A DNA stretch of 64,000 nt from an uncultured cyanobacterium (GTDB lineage Bacteria > Cyanobacteriota > Cyanobacteriia > Cyanobacteriales > Microcystaceae): positions 1 to 64,000 of the forward strand of contig CAWEDJ010000041.1 of NCBI GenBank assembly GCA_963807635.1, given 5' to 3'. The first letter of the stretch is position 1. Each line of letters opens with the position of its first letter. Position numbers and translations under genes: made by a program. Under the pieces are notes generated by a model that saw only the letters and a list, made by a program, of their open reading frames with translations, was not told the DNA's origin and did not search any database. Shown in pieces: positions 14,783 to 25,737 of the stretch.

Positions 14783-14812
14783 ATAACCCAGAAGTTAACC
14801 ATTCCTTTACCA
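14783..14812 (+). promoter_or_regulatory. Pho box (SphR-binding) upstream of pstS
   Basis: Three 8-mers at 11-bp spacing (ATAACCCA / GTTAACCA / CTTTACCA) resemble PyTTAAPyPy(T/A); a TAAAAT -10 follows at 14833. Confidence 0.65.
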
Positions 14813-14884
14813 AGACTTGCTAGGCTTTACTGTAAAATTAGATACGTTTATAGATTCAAGATTATTGTGCTTTTTCTTTCCTTT

Positions 14885-16052
14885 ATGCTTAATTTTATTT
14901 CCGCTCGTTTAAGACATCCTAATTATCGATTAGTTTCTTCCCTTTCCTTACTAACACTTGTCCTTAGCTTGACGGCCTGTGGTGGTGGACAAAACGAGAC
15001 ACCAACGACGGGTGAAACCACAGCACCAACGGGCGATGCCGGCCCCTACTGCTATCAAGGTAGATTTCAAAAACGATGTGGGACTAACGGGAGCTGGAGC
15101 CACATTCCCCGCTCCTCTTTATCAAAATTGGTTTGTGCAATTTAATCAAATGGTTCCCAAGGTTCAGGTGAACTATCAATCCGTTGGTAGTGGCGCGGGC
15201 GTTGAACAATTTACGAAAGGAACCGTTGACTTTGGCGCGAGTGACGTGGCCATGAAGGACGAAGAAATTGCCAAAGTGAGTAAGGGCGTATTAATGCTAC
15301 CGATGACGGCGGGAAGTATCGTCATGGCTTACAATTTGCCTGATGTAACAGGTCTCAAAATTTCCCAAGCCAATTTAGTAGATATTCTTCTGGGTAAAAT
15401 CACCAAATGGAATGACCCCAAATTAGTCGCAGATAACCCAGATTTAAAATTGCCTGATTCTTCGATCACCGTCGTTCACCGTTCCGATGGTAGTGGCACA
15501 ACGGGAGTCTTTACCAAATATTTAAGTGCCATTAGTCCGGAATGGAAGTCTTCTATTGGGGATGGTAAGAGTGTACAGTGGCCCACTGCCAAAGGGAAAT
15601 TTATCGGTGGCAAAGGTAATGAAGGAGTCACCGCAGGGATTCAACAAAATGTCGGTGCATTGGGTTATGTGGAATATGGTTATGCTAAAAATAATGGTTT
15701 AACGATGGCAAGCCTGCAAAATAAAGCAGGACAATTTATCGAGCCGAATGAAGCGAGTGCGGCAGAAACCCTCGCAACAGTTGAACTTCCTGAGAATTTA
15801 CGAGCATTTATCATCAATCCTGATGGGGAAAAATCCTATCCCATCGTCACCTATACCTGGATGTTGGCTTACAAAAAGTATGATGACCCCGAAAAAGCGA
15901 AGGCAATGGAAGCGATGATTCAATACGGCTTAACAGAAGGTCAAAAACAGAGCGCAGAACTGGGTTATATTCCCTTACCCGCTACTGTTGTTGAAAAAGT
16001 TGCCGCCGCCGCCGATGCCCTTAGCCCCGATTTCCAAATCTCGGTCAAGTAA
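14885..16052 (+). CDS. pstS: phosphate ABC transporter substrate-binding lipoprotein (frameshift ~15043, probably an artefact)
   Basis: Lipobox LTAC in the first frame; GAGATFPAPLY, YQSVGSGAG and HRSDGSGTT in the second. Confidence 0.93.
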
Positions 16053-16062
16053 TTGGAAAAGT

Positions 16063-16096
16063 GTAGTGAATGTTACAATTTAAGGATATTCACTAC
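16063..16096 (+). terminator. intergenic hairpin after pstS (mRNA stabiliser or attenuator)
   Basis: GTAGTGAAT...ATTCACTAC inverted repeat. Confidence 0.5.
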
Positions 16097-16152
16097 TCAT
16101 CTAGCTAACTTTTTTTTGCAACTCAATAAAACCAAAAAAATCAAAAATTTGC

Positions 16153-17109
16153 ATGACTTCCTCCAGTGTTTCGACATCTAATCCCATTAAATCCCGTTCT
16201 AAAACGGAAAGAAACCTAGAATCGGGTTTTCGTTGGCTGACCTTGGGTTTTGCGATCGCGATCGGACTGATTTTATTGATGATTGCCTTAGTTGTCTTTA
16301 TTGAATCCATTCCCGCGATTCGTCAATCTGGCTTAGGGTTTCTCCTTTCAACTGAATGGGACCCTGTCAAAAATGTCTATGGAGCCTTGCCCGTTATCTC
16401 TGGAACCTTGGTGAGTGCATTGCTTTCTTTGCTGATTGCCGTTCCCTTGGGCTTAGGAACTGCGATTTTTTTGAGTGAGGATTTTATTCCGCTCAATATC
16501 CGCACAATTTTTATCTTTTTGGTGGAATTATTAGCGGCAATTCCCAGTGTGGTTTATGGATTATGGGGGATTTTTGTGTTGATTCCCATCCTGAAACCCT
16601 TTGGAGTCTGGCTAAATGCTAACTTTGGTTGGTTTCCTTTGTTTGGTAGTGTGCCTGTGGGGCCTGGAATGTTACCTGCTGGGGTAATTTTAGCGGTGAT
16701 GATTCTGCCCATTATTACCGCGATCGCCCGTGACTCTCTAGCAACCTTACCGCCTGAATTGCGCCAAGCATCCTTGGGATTAGGAGCAACTCGCTGGGAA
16801 ACAATTTTCCGAGTGTTGGTTCCTGCGGCGTTTTCAGGAATTGTCGGAGGAATTATGTTAGCGTTAGGGAGGGCGATGGGAGAGACGATGGCCGTCACCA
16901 TGATTATCGGAAATTCTAATAAACTGAGTGCTTCGATTCTCGATCCTGCTAATACGATCGCGTCTTTGCTGGCTAATCAATTTGCAGAAGCATCGGGAAT
17001 GCAAGTTTCAGCCCTGATGTATGCGGGTTTGGTGTTAATGATCTTAACGCTAGTGGTGAATGTTTTAGCTGAATTAATTGTTAATAAAGTCAAAGCTAAA
17101 TACAGTTAA
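16153..17109 (+). CDS. pstC: phosphate ABC transporter permease
   Basis: ELLAAIPSVVYGLWG, LGATRWET, RAMGETMAV. Confidence 0.95.
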   Translation: MTSSSVSTSNPIKSRSKTERNLESGFRWLTLGFAIAIGLILLMIALVVFIESIPAIRQSGLGFLLSTEWDPVKNVYGALPVISGTLVSALLSLLIAVPLGLGTAIFLSEDFIPLNIRTIFIFLVELLAAIPSVVYGLWGIFVLIPILKPFGVWLNANFGWFPLFGSVPVGPGMLPAGVILAVMILPIITAIARDSLATLPPELRQASLGLGATRWETIFRVLVPAAFSGIVGGIMLALGRAMGETMAVTMIIGNSNKLSASILDPANTIASLLANQFAEASGMQVSALMYAGLVLMILTLVVNVLAELIVNKVKAKYS

Positions 17110-17212
17110 TCATTGATAATTAAATCAGAAGGAATGGTTGTTGATTCTGGATTAGTGATTGAAAGTTAAAAAAATCAGAAATTTGTAAAACTTTAAAATC
17201 CAACATGATTTT

Positions 17213-18107
17213 ATGCGTCATCAAGAAAACACGACCGATTCTCAAAACCTCGGTTCTCAACTCAAAAAGAAACCCTTTAACCCGCGATCATTATTTGGCA
17301 TAATTATGACGGTTTTAGCGGGAACCTGTATTGTTATTACCCTAATTCCCCTCTTTGCCGTCTTAAGCTACGTTATTTCCCAGGGTATCAATTATTTTAA
17401 CCTAGACCTATTAACCAAGTTACCCCCGCCCCCTGGACTCAAAGGCGGTGGTGTCGGCAATGCCCTCATTGGTACATTAATTGTGGTCGGTTTAGCCACA
17501 GCGATCGCGGTTCCCATTGGGATTTTAGCGGCGATTTATTTATCGGAATTTAGTAATAATAATCAAATTGCCCGTTGGGTTAGATTTGCCACCAATATTT
17601 TGAGCGGTGTTCCCTCGATTATTTCAGGAATTTTTGCCTTTGGTTTATTAGTGGGTAGTGGGCTAATTGGATTTTCGGCGATCGCGGGGCCGTTTCCTTG
17701 GCCGTATTAATGTTACCGACGATTATTCGGACGACGGACGAAGCCTTACAGATTGTTCCCCAGGAGATTCGTTGGGCCGCTTTGGGTGTGGGAGCCTATA
17801 ACTACCAATCCGTTTTATTTATTGTTTTGCCCGCCGCTCTGCCTTCGATTTTAACAGGAGTCACCCTCGCGATCGCCCGTGCTGCTGGAGAAACCGCGCC
17901 TTTAATTTTCACCGCTTTATTTTCCAATTTCTGCCCAATAGCTTAGATAAACCGATCGCCACCCTTTCGGTTCTAGTTTACAATTTTGCCACTGTTCCTT
18001 TTAAACCCCAACAACAATTAGCTTGGGCAGGTTCTTTAATCTTGGTATTTTTAGTATTGATATCTAGCGTTTCTGCTCGTTTAGCAACCCGTAGAAAAAT
18101 TTATTAG
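17213..18107 (+). CDS. pstA: phosphate ABC transporter permease (frameshifts ~17690 and ~17935, probably artefacts)
   Basis: LSGVPSII, IARAAGETAPL; a third frame ends ...ARLATRRKIY* at 18107. Confidence 0.9.
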
Positions 18108-18167
18108 ATGTTTCTTTAAAACTATTAATAACCTTAATTTTTAATTAACTCAGTATTCGGATTTTAT

Positions 18168-18975
18168 ATGTACAACATGATGGAAACCATTCAAGAAACA
18201 CAAACTGTTTTAAAAGCAGAAAATATAGATATTTACTACGGAAATTATCGAGCTGTCCGCGATGTTTCCCTGAGTATTCCCCGCAATCAAGTCACGGCTT
18301 TTATTGGGCCTTCGGGTTGCGGAAAAAGTACCATTCTTCGCTGTTTTAATCGATTAAATGATTTGATTCATGGATTTCGTTTAACAGGAAAAATTTCCTA
18401 TCACAGTCAAAATTTATATGATAGTGATGTGGATGCTGTTGAGGTCAGAAAACATATCGGCATGGTCTTCCAAAAACCCAATCCCTTTCCTAAAACAATT
18501 TTTGATAATGTCGCCTATGGTGCCAGGGTGAATAAATTTAAAGGTGATTTAGAAGAATTAGTGGAAACTTCTCTCCGCCGTGCGGCCCTTTGGGATGAAG
18601 TCAAAGATAAACTACAAGCCAGTGGTTTTTCCCTTTCTGGCGGTCAACAACAACGCCTTTGTATTGCCCGTGCGATTCGCCATGCAACCCGAAGTTTTAT
18701 TAATGGATGAACCTTGTTCTGCATTAGATCCCATTTCTACCCTAAAAGTTGAAGAATTAATGCACGAACTCAAGGAAAAATACACCATTATTATCGTCAC
18801 CCACAATATGCAACAGGCCACCAGGGTCGCTGATGTAACGGGATTTTTTAACGCAGAAGTCACAGGAAAAGGCAGTAAAGTCGGTTATTTAGTCGAATTT
18901 GAGAGAACTGAAAATATTTTTGGCAATCCCCAACAACAGGAAACGAGAGATTATGTCAGTGGTCGATTTGGTTAA
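18168..18975 (+). CDS. pstB: phosphate ABC transporter ATPase (frameshift ~18676)
   Basis: [41 protein letters not shown]. Confidence 0.93.
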
Positions 18976-19031
18976 AGGGTTAAGTTTTTTTGTACTTTAA
19001 ATTAATTAATTAAACAGAGAGAATTAAAAAA

Positions 19032-19832
19032 ATGACAGTCGCAAATGATGTAATTACCGAAGCCGTTTTACGAGCTAAAAACGTCAATGTTTACTATGGT
19101 TCCCATCTCGCGGTCAAGGAAGTTTCGATTGATATTCCCGAACGTCAGGTTGTTGCTTTTATTGGCCCTTCGGGTTGTGGAAAAAGCACCATGTTGCGCT
19201 GTTTTAATCGCATGAATGATTTGGTTGCCAGTGCCAGAATTGAAGGACAAATCACCTTTAGAGGAAGAGATATCTACGCCGCCCAGGTTGATCCTGTTAG
19301 TCTACGAAGTTCCATCGGCATGGTGTTTCAAAAAGCAAATCCTTTTCCTAAATCGATTTACGAAAATATTTCTTTTGGAGCTAAATTAAATGGCTACAAA
19401 GGTGATATGGATGAATTAGTGGAAAATTCCCTCAAAAAAGCCGTCCTGTGGGATGAGGTCAAAGATAAACTCAAACAAAGTGGTTTAGCTCTTTCAGGCG
19501 GTCAACAACAACGGCTCTGTATTGCCCGCGCGATCGCGATTCAGCCCCAGGTTATTCTCATGGATGAACCCTGTTCGGCTCTAGACCCGATTTCTACCCT
19601 CAAAGTTGAAGAATTAATCCACGAGCTGAAACAGCAATACACCATCATCATCGTCACCCATAATATGCAGCAAGCTTCACGGGTTTCTGATATGACTGCT
19701 TTTTATAATGCAGAAGCAACTGTAAAAGGAGCAAAAGTCGGTTATTTAGTAGAATATGACCGCACCGAAAAAGTGTTTCAAGATCCCGCCCAGCAAATCA
19801 CCAAGGATTATGTCAGTGGACGGTTTGGTTAA
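19032..19832 (+). CDS. pstB: phosphate ABC transporter ATPase, second paralogue
   Basis: Same motifs, intact. Confidence 0.96.
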   Translation: MTVANDVITEAVLRAKNVNVYYGSHLAVKEVSIDIPERQVVAFIGPSGCGKSTMLRCFNRMNDLVASARIEGQITFRGRDIYAAQVDPVSLRSSIGMVFQKANPFPKSIYENISFGAKLNGYKGDMDELVENSLKKAVLWDEVKDKLKQSGLALSGGQQQRLCIARAIAIQPQVILMDEPCSALDPISTLKVEELIHELKQQYTIIIVTHNMQQASRVSDMTAFYNAEATVKGAKVGYLVEYDRTEKVFQDPAQQITKDYVSGRFG

Positions 19833-20130
19833 ATTCAATAATGAGTTTCTCTTTCGCACTACTTTTTGACGGGATTGATCATTCGACCTGTTGAATTAGA
19901 GTTTTAAAGTCATTGTTTTTCTTGAAGTAAAGATAATAATTTCTTTTGCTCAAATTACCATTACAAGAAGTAACTCAATCTAGTTTCGCTAAATTGATGA
20001 TTAAGTTGAATTGACCTGTTTTTCTAGGGATTTAGCGATCGCATTTTTAAATCGTATTTTTTAAAAAGAGTTCATCCTATTGGGTGAATTGTTTGAAGAG
20101 AGGATTCTGTTAGGTTAAAGATAGGCCAGC

Positions 20131-20703
20131 TTGAAGAATCTAGGGGCTTTGAATTCCATGCTAACCTCCTCCTCCACTTCCATTAAATTATTTAAACCTA
20201 TCCAATCTTCGCTATTATGGGTCGTCATGGCGAGTTTTAGCCTATTGAATTTAGGCGTAACCGCCCAAGCAGCCACTCATGTCGGATTGGATTCTTCGTT
20301 GCAGAATACTCAAACCGTTACAGAAATTTCCCTAGCTCAAAAGCCGCAATTTTTTCCCCTCAAAGATGGAACCTATCTCTATGGCCAGTCACCCCAACGT
20401 GAACAATTAGGGCAGGAATATCTAGTCTTTAAAGTGAATGCAGGAAAAGTAACAGGGGCGTTTTATCAACCCCGCTCTGAATATAGTTGCTTTTCGGGAG
20501 AATTAACCGCCAGCCAACTTAGTCTATCGATTCGTGATCCCTACGACAATAGTATGTCTCCCTACGCGATCGCCTTGAAACCCCAGGCACCTGTGGCAGG
20601 GAATGCTCAAAATCTGGGCAATATGACCTTGGACGGCTACTATGCCTTGGGAAAATTAAGTGCCAATGACCAGCGCATACTCAAAGATTGTATGAATCAT
20701 TAA
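20131..20703 (+). CDS. hypothetical exported protein
   Basis: Signal-like hydrophobic segment ending AQA; DGTYLYGQS...EYLVF...GAFY.PRSE..CF motif; the start may be ATG 20158. Confidence 0.7.
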   Translation: MKNLGALNSMLTSSSTSIKLFKPIQSSLLWVVMASFSLLNLGVTAQAATHVGLDSSLQNTQTVTEISLAQKPQFFPLKDGTYLYGQSPQREQLGQEYLVFKVNAGKVTGAFYQPRSEYSCFSGELTASQLSLSIRDPYDNSMSPYAIALKPQAPVAGNAQNLGNMTLDGYYALGKLSANDQRILKDCMNH

Positions 20704-20852
20704 TATTTTCGCCAGATTTGGGCCAGTTTAGAGAATAGCAGATTAGAATCTATCCAGGCTATTTTTGATAAAAATAGGAATTAGTCCTGAAATAAAGCCT
20801 GTTTTATCTTGTTATTCCTGTGCGATCGCTGCTCTTTTTTTCGCTCAACTCC

Positions 20853-21965
20853 ATGCTAAATAAAAACACAATCTTCGCTGTCTTACTAATCTTTTTGCCC
20901 ATTTCCATTGCAGGTCATTATTTAGAATGGGGTGAAACCCAGGTCTTTATTACCGCAGCCCTCGCCATTATTCCCCTCGCCGCCTTTATGGGTTTGGCCA
21001 CAGAAGAAATTGCCGTCGTCGTTGGCCCCAATTTGGGCGGACTGTTGAACGCAACCTTTGGTAATGCCACCGAATTAATTATTGCTCTGGTTGCCCTAAG
21101 AGGAGGATTGATCGATGTGGTCAAGGCCACGCTGACGGGTTCGATTATCGGGAATTTACTGCTCGTCATGGGTTTTGCCATGTTATTGGGCGGATTGCGC
21201 TATAAAGAACAAGTATTTCAGTCTTCGGCGGCAGGCATGAATGCTTCGGTCATGAATTTAGCGGTTATTTCAATTTTATTGCCGACTGCGGTGGAATATA
21301 CTTCAACGGGAATTGGAGAAGACAGCATTCAAAAATTATCCGTAGCTGTGGCGGTGGTTTTAATTATCGTTTACGGGCTTTCTTTGCTATTCTCGATGAA
21401 AACCCATGCCTATCTCTACGATGTGGGTATGGCTGAACAAGAAGAAGATCCTGAAGCATCTGAGCATTCCCCAAAGAAACCGAAACTCTGGCTCTGGGTC
21501 GGAGTTTTATTAGTCGTTACCCTGGGAGTCGCGATCGCCTCTGAATTATTAGTGGATTCCTTGGAAGTTGCTACGGAAACTCTGGGCTTAAGTTCTCTCT
21601 TTACAGGGGTGATTTTGTTACCGATTATTGGCAATGCCGCCGAACACGCCACCGCCGTCACCGTTGCCATGAAGAACAAAATGGATTTATCCGTCTCAGT
21701 GGTCATGGGATCAAGTTTACAAATTGCCTTTTTTGTTGCTCCCGTGTTGGTGATAGCAGGTTGGTTTATGGGGCAACCGATGGATTTAGATTTCAATCCC
21801 TTTGAATTAGTGGCAGTGGTGGTGGCAGTCTTAATTGTTAACTCCATTAGTAATGATGGTCGCTCAAACTGGCTAGAGGGAACCCTATTGCTGGCCACCT
21901 ATACTATTATTGGTTTAGCCTTTTTCTTCCACCCTGTCCTCGAAACGGCAAGCTCGGCATTGTAA
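20853..21965 (+). CDS. cax: Ca2+/H+ antiporter
   Basis: GGLLNATFGNATE and GNAAEH alpha-repeats. Confidence 0.93.
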   Translation: MLNKNTIFAVLLIFLPISIAGHYLEWGETQVFITAALAIIPLAAFMGLATEEIAVVVGPNLGGLLNATFGNATELIIALVALRGGLIDVVKATLTGSIIGNLLLVMGFAMLLGGLRYKEQVFQSSAAGMNASVMNLAVISILLPTAVEYTSTGIGEDSIQKLSVAVAVVLIIVYGLSLLFSMKTHAYLYDVGMAEQEEDPEASEHSPKKPKLWLWVGVLLVVTLGVAIASELLVDSLEVATETLGLSSLFTGVILLPIIGNAAEHATAVTVAMKNKMDLSVSVVMGSSLQIAFFVAPVLVIAGWFMGQPMDLDFNPFELVAVVVAVLIVNSISNDGRSNWLEGTLLLATYTIIGLAFFFHPVLETASSAL

Positions 21966-21996
21966 ATTTAGAGAACATCAAAAAATCAATCTTTCC

Positions 21997-22022
21997 TGTG
22001 GGATGGGCATCGTGCCTGTCCT
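21997..22022 (+). repeat. REP-like hairpin between convergent genes
   Basis: TGTG-GGATGGGCA-TCG-TGCCTGTCC-T. Confidence 0.5.
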
Positions 22023-22047
22023 TAATAATTAGATTTGACCACAATTT

Positions 22048-23459
22048 TCATCGGGAATGGGAGTAATGATTCATTAAGATAGGATTTGACTTGAATGTTG
22101 GCGTTTTTTCTGGTGTTGCAGGGGAATTTATGGTATATCCTCGATGAATACGAATTTTTTCTAGTCGTGGCCCTTGAACGGTGACAACAGTAAAAGTTAA
22201 ATTCTGATAAATTAAGGTTTCATTTTGGGTCGGAATTTTTTGCCATTGATAGAGTAAAAATCCGCCGAGAGTCTGATAATCATCGACAAAGGGCAAGTCT
22301 AATCCTAAAATTTCGTTTAATTCCGTCAAGTTCATTTGGGCTTCGACGATAACGGTTTCATCGTCAATTCTTTCTAGCAAAATAACATTTTCATTTTCAT
22401 CATTTTCATCGTGGCTGGATTCGCCCAAAATTTCTTCTACCAAATCCTCTAGGGTAATCAGTCCAGAGGTTCTGCCAAATTCATCGACGACCATCACGGT
22501 TTTAAGGTGCGATCGCTGCATCATGGTCAACAAATCGCTGAGGGGGGTGGATTCTGGAACAAAGCGGACAGGTTTAACCCAGGCTTCAATGGGAGTTTCT
22601 GGGTTTAATTGACCTGTACTTAGGGGGATGGCTAAATCTTTAAAATCAATGATGCCCAAAATATCATCCAGGGATTCTCCCGTCACGGGATAGCGAGAAT
22701 GACCATCGATCGCCACTTTTTGCAGGAGTTCAGAAAACGTGATGGTCTCAGAAATGCTAGACAGTTGATGGCGGGGAACCATAATTTCTGTCGCTGACAC
22801 AGACCCAAATTTGAACATATTATTGAGAATAGTCCGCTCAGAGGAATCTAATCCACTTGATTCGCCTTCTGTTGCAATAATCAGTTGTAATTCTTCGGGA
22901 GTAATGCGGCTATACCAACTGGTGCGGTCAATGGTAACGCCGCCTAATTTTAATAATGCCTTGGTAGATTCGTCTAAGAGCCAAATGAAGGGATGGGCAA
23001 TAGTCGCGATCGCATTAATAATGGGCCAAGACTGCGGGAGAATTGTTCTGCGTGGAGAAGCGCGAGGGACTTGGGGCATAATTCCCCCAAAACAATCTGA
23101 CTATAAATAATTAGGAAAAAAGCCAGGGGAAGGGCAATGACGTTGGTCAGAAAGGAATGATAGGCGGGGTTAACCTCAAACTGGGTTAATAAATACTGGG
23201 CGACATCAGCAACGATTTTTTGACTGATCCACCCCAAACCGACACTGACGAGGGAAATTCCCAATTGGGTCGTAGCTAACAGTCGGTCTAGTCGTTTTTG
23301 GAGTGATTTCACTCTCCTGGCGGCAAGATCTCCTTCATCCGCTAATTGATTAATCCGCGATCGCCGCACTGTAACGATGGCAAACTCAGCCGTGACAAAA
23401 AACGCATTGATCCCAATGAAAAGGAAAACGAAAAACAGTCGCCCAACCAAGTCGTTCAT
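22048..23459 (-). CDS. hemolysin/CNNM-CBS-CorC family protein (frameshift ~23025)
   Basis: NAFFVTAEFA, TTQLGI, GELCPK, then HSRYPV, VVDEFG..SGLITLEDLVEEILG and a CorC_HlyC tail. Confidence 0.9.
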
Positions 23460-23731
23460 TATTGTCAGTTAAAAATGTTGCAGTTACAGGAGACTAGGCT
23501 ATCGGTACATCGATAAACCGCTAGATTAATAGAATTTAGGTTATCTAGCTGTATCCTGCGACTCATTACCGTTCCCCCTACCTGCTAAAAAAAGACATCA
23601 GGGAAAACGGATAATTAATCATTATAAGGCTATCTCTAGTTCTAGGATTTTTGACTCCTTATTGGGGATGGTTTTTGATCAAAAAAAGCCCGCACCGCGA
23701 TCGCCGTTGAGATCGTCTATCAGAGAAAACC

Positions 23732-24094
23732 TTAGACTAAGTGGTACTTGCCTTCTGTTTCAGGATTTTCTACCTTGGGCAGTCCCATACTGTAATTCAA
23801 AACACGACAGTTGAGATTGTAGCTAATTTCTCCTGTCTGGAGGAGTTTCTGGATAAAATGCTCTAAATCCGAGCCAATGCGACGTAAATTATACTCACTC
23901 AATTCATCGCCATTGTAAGATTCCACCAAGTCATCAAACTGACGATATACCTTATGGAGCGCATCCTCACTCCAATTAAACTCATTGTCTGGGTCAATAT
24001 CCAGGGTCAGGACTTTATCACTTGGAACCAGTTCACTGCCATGAATTTCCGCAGTAAAGATATGAACGTGACGAGTGGTGGATTTAACAAGCAT
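23732..24094 (-). CDS. ndhM: NDH-1 subunit M
   Basis: MLVKSTTRHVHIF, LTLDIDPDNEF, YNLRRIGSDLEH, RVLNYSMGLP. Confidence 0.95.
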   Translation of the reverse strand: MLVKSTTRHVHIFTAEIHGSELVPSDKVLTLDIDPDNEFNWSEDALHKVYRQFDDLVESYNGDELSEYNLRRIGSDLEHFIQKLLQTGEISYNLNCRVLNYSMGLPKVENPETEGKYHLV

Positions 24095-24255
24095 GATGGC
24101 AAAAAATGGTTCAACAGAAACACTAAAGATTATAGCGATTTTCCTGAACATTGCAGAATGATCTTGTGATTTGTCGGGAATAGTCCTTTTTTATCCGCAA
24201 AAAACATCATCAAGCCCAGGAGACACGCTTAAAAATTTATCTAAATTTACTTAAA

Positions 24256-24327
24256 CTCCCCGGGTAGGATTCGAACCTACGACCAATCGGTTAACAGCCG
24301 ACCGCTCTACCACTGAGCTACCGAGGA
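24256..24327 (-). tRNA. tRNA-Asn(GTT)
   Basis: TCCTCGGTAGCTCAGTGGTAGAGCGGTCGGCTGTTAACCGATTGGTCGTAGGTTCGAATCCTACCCGGGGAG; cloverleaf; CCA not encoded. Confidence 0.97.
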
Positions 24328-24533
24328 TTGCTCATGACAGTTATTCATCATAGCAATACATTGGCGAATTTTGCAAGCTTTTTATTAAAAAAAATTTAGG
24401 ATGTCCCCTGAGCCTTGAGATTGATTGACGAATCTCTTCTCCTAAACGGCGATCGCGCTCTATATGTTAAATTGCCAATATTGGGTATCAAAAAAATTTC
24501 TCCCCTATCTTTAGCGTTTATCTTATCGAAACT

Positions 24534-25621
24534 ATGTCAGTATTAGCGGCGATCGCGGTTTTAGCGGTATTAATCTTTGTCCATGAATTAGGTCACTTTG
24601 CAGCAGCGAGATTGCAGGGAATTTACGCCAACAAATTTTCAATGGGTTTTGGGCCAGTTTTGCTCAAATATCAGGGTTCTCAGACGGAATATGCCATTCG
24701 AGCTATTCCCCTGGGTGGTTTCGTCGGTTTTCCCGATGATGATCCTGATAGCGAGATTCCCCTCGATGATCCCAATTTAATGCGAAATCGTCCTATTCTC
24801 GATCGCGCGATCGTCATTAGTGCGGGGGTGATTGCTAATCTGATTTTTGCCTATGTTCTTTTAGTGGGTCAGGTTTCTACCGTCGGCGTGCACGATTTAC
24901 AACCTGGTCTGGTCATTCCCAAGGTTGATCCCAGTTCGGCGGCCATGAGTGCGGGTATCCAAGCAGGAGATATTGTCCTCAGCATTGATAATCAGCCCCT
25001 CGATGCCTATCCCGAAGCAACCAGTTTATTTATCGATAAAATTCAAAATTCTCCGAATATTCCCCTTCCCCTAGTCCTCAAACGGGGAGAAGAAACTTTA
25101 GATGTCACGATTACCGCGATCGCCAACGCAGAAGGAAAAGGCAAAATCGGAGTCGCCCTCTCCCCCAACGTCTCGGTGAAACACGCCCAAAGTATCGGAG
25201 AAGCCTTAAGTTATAGTGCCGATGCCTACGAACGGATTATCGTTTTAACGGTTCAGGGATTTTGGCAACTGATCAGTCATTTTTCCGAAAATGCCCAACA
25301 AGTCGCGGGGCCGATTAAAATTGTTGAATACGGTGCGAATATTGCTCGCAATGATATTAGCAATCTCTTCCAATTTGGAGCTTTAATTAGCATTAACTTA
25401 GCAGTAATTAATATCCTGCCCTTACCTGCTCTAGAACTGGGGGTCAATTGGTTTTTCTGCTGATTGAAGGAATACTGGGTAAACCGTTACCGAATAAAAT
25501 TCAAGAAAATTTCATGCAAACGGGACTGGTTTTATTGCTCGGCTTAGGTATTTTCTTAATTGTGCGCGACACGGTTAATTTAACCTTTTTCCAAGAATTA
25601 CTCCATCAGGAATTGCGTTAA
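24534..25621 (+). CDS. rseP: RIP metalloprotease RseP (frameshift ~25436)
   Basis: HELGH, IPLGGFV, PDZ domain, NILPLPAL(D)GG; the tail continues in another frame to TAA 25621. Confidence 0.92.
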
Positions 25622-25646
25622 GTAGATTGGTCTTCAAATTGATAAG

Positions 25647-25694
25647 ATCCCCCGTCCTATGGACACCCCCCTTATCAAGGGGGGCAGGGGGGAT
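25647..25694. repeat. C/G-run palindromic dispersed repeat
   Basis: ATCCCCC...CCCCCCTTATCAAGGGGGG...GGGGGGAT nested inverted repeat. Confidence 0.6.
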
Positions 25695-25737
25695 GAGCGC
25701 AAAACGTATTATCAGTTCAATTGTAACCAGCTACTTA

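Noticed and set aside
18168..19832. Tandem pstB duplication as a novelty
   Set aside because: Two pstB paralogues in one pst operon are known in cyanobacteria.
24100..24330. Island integrated at tRNA-Asn
   Set aside because: Core genes lie on both sides and I saw no duplicated tRNA 3' end.
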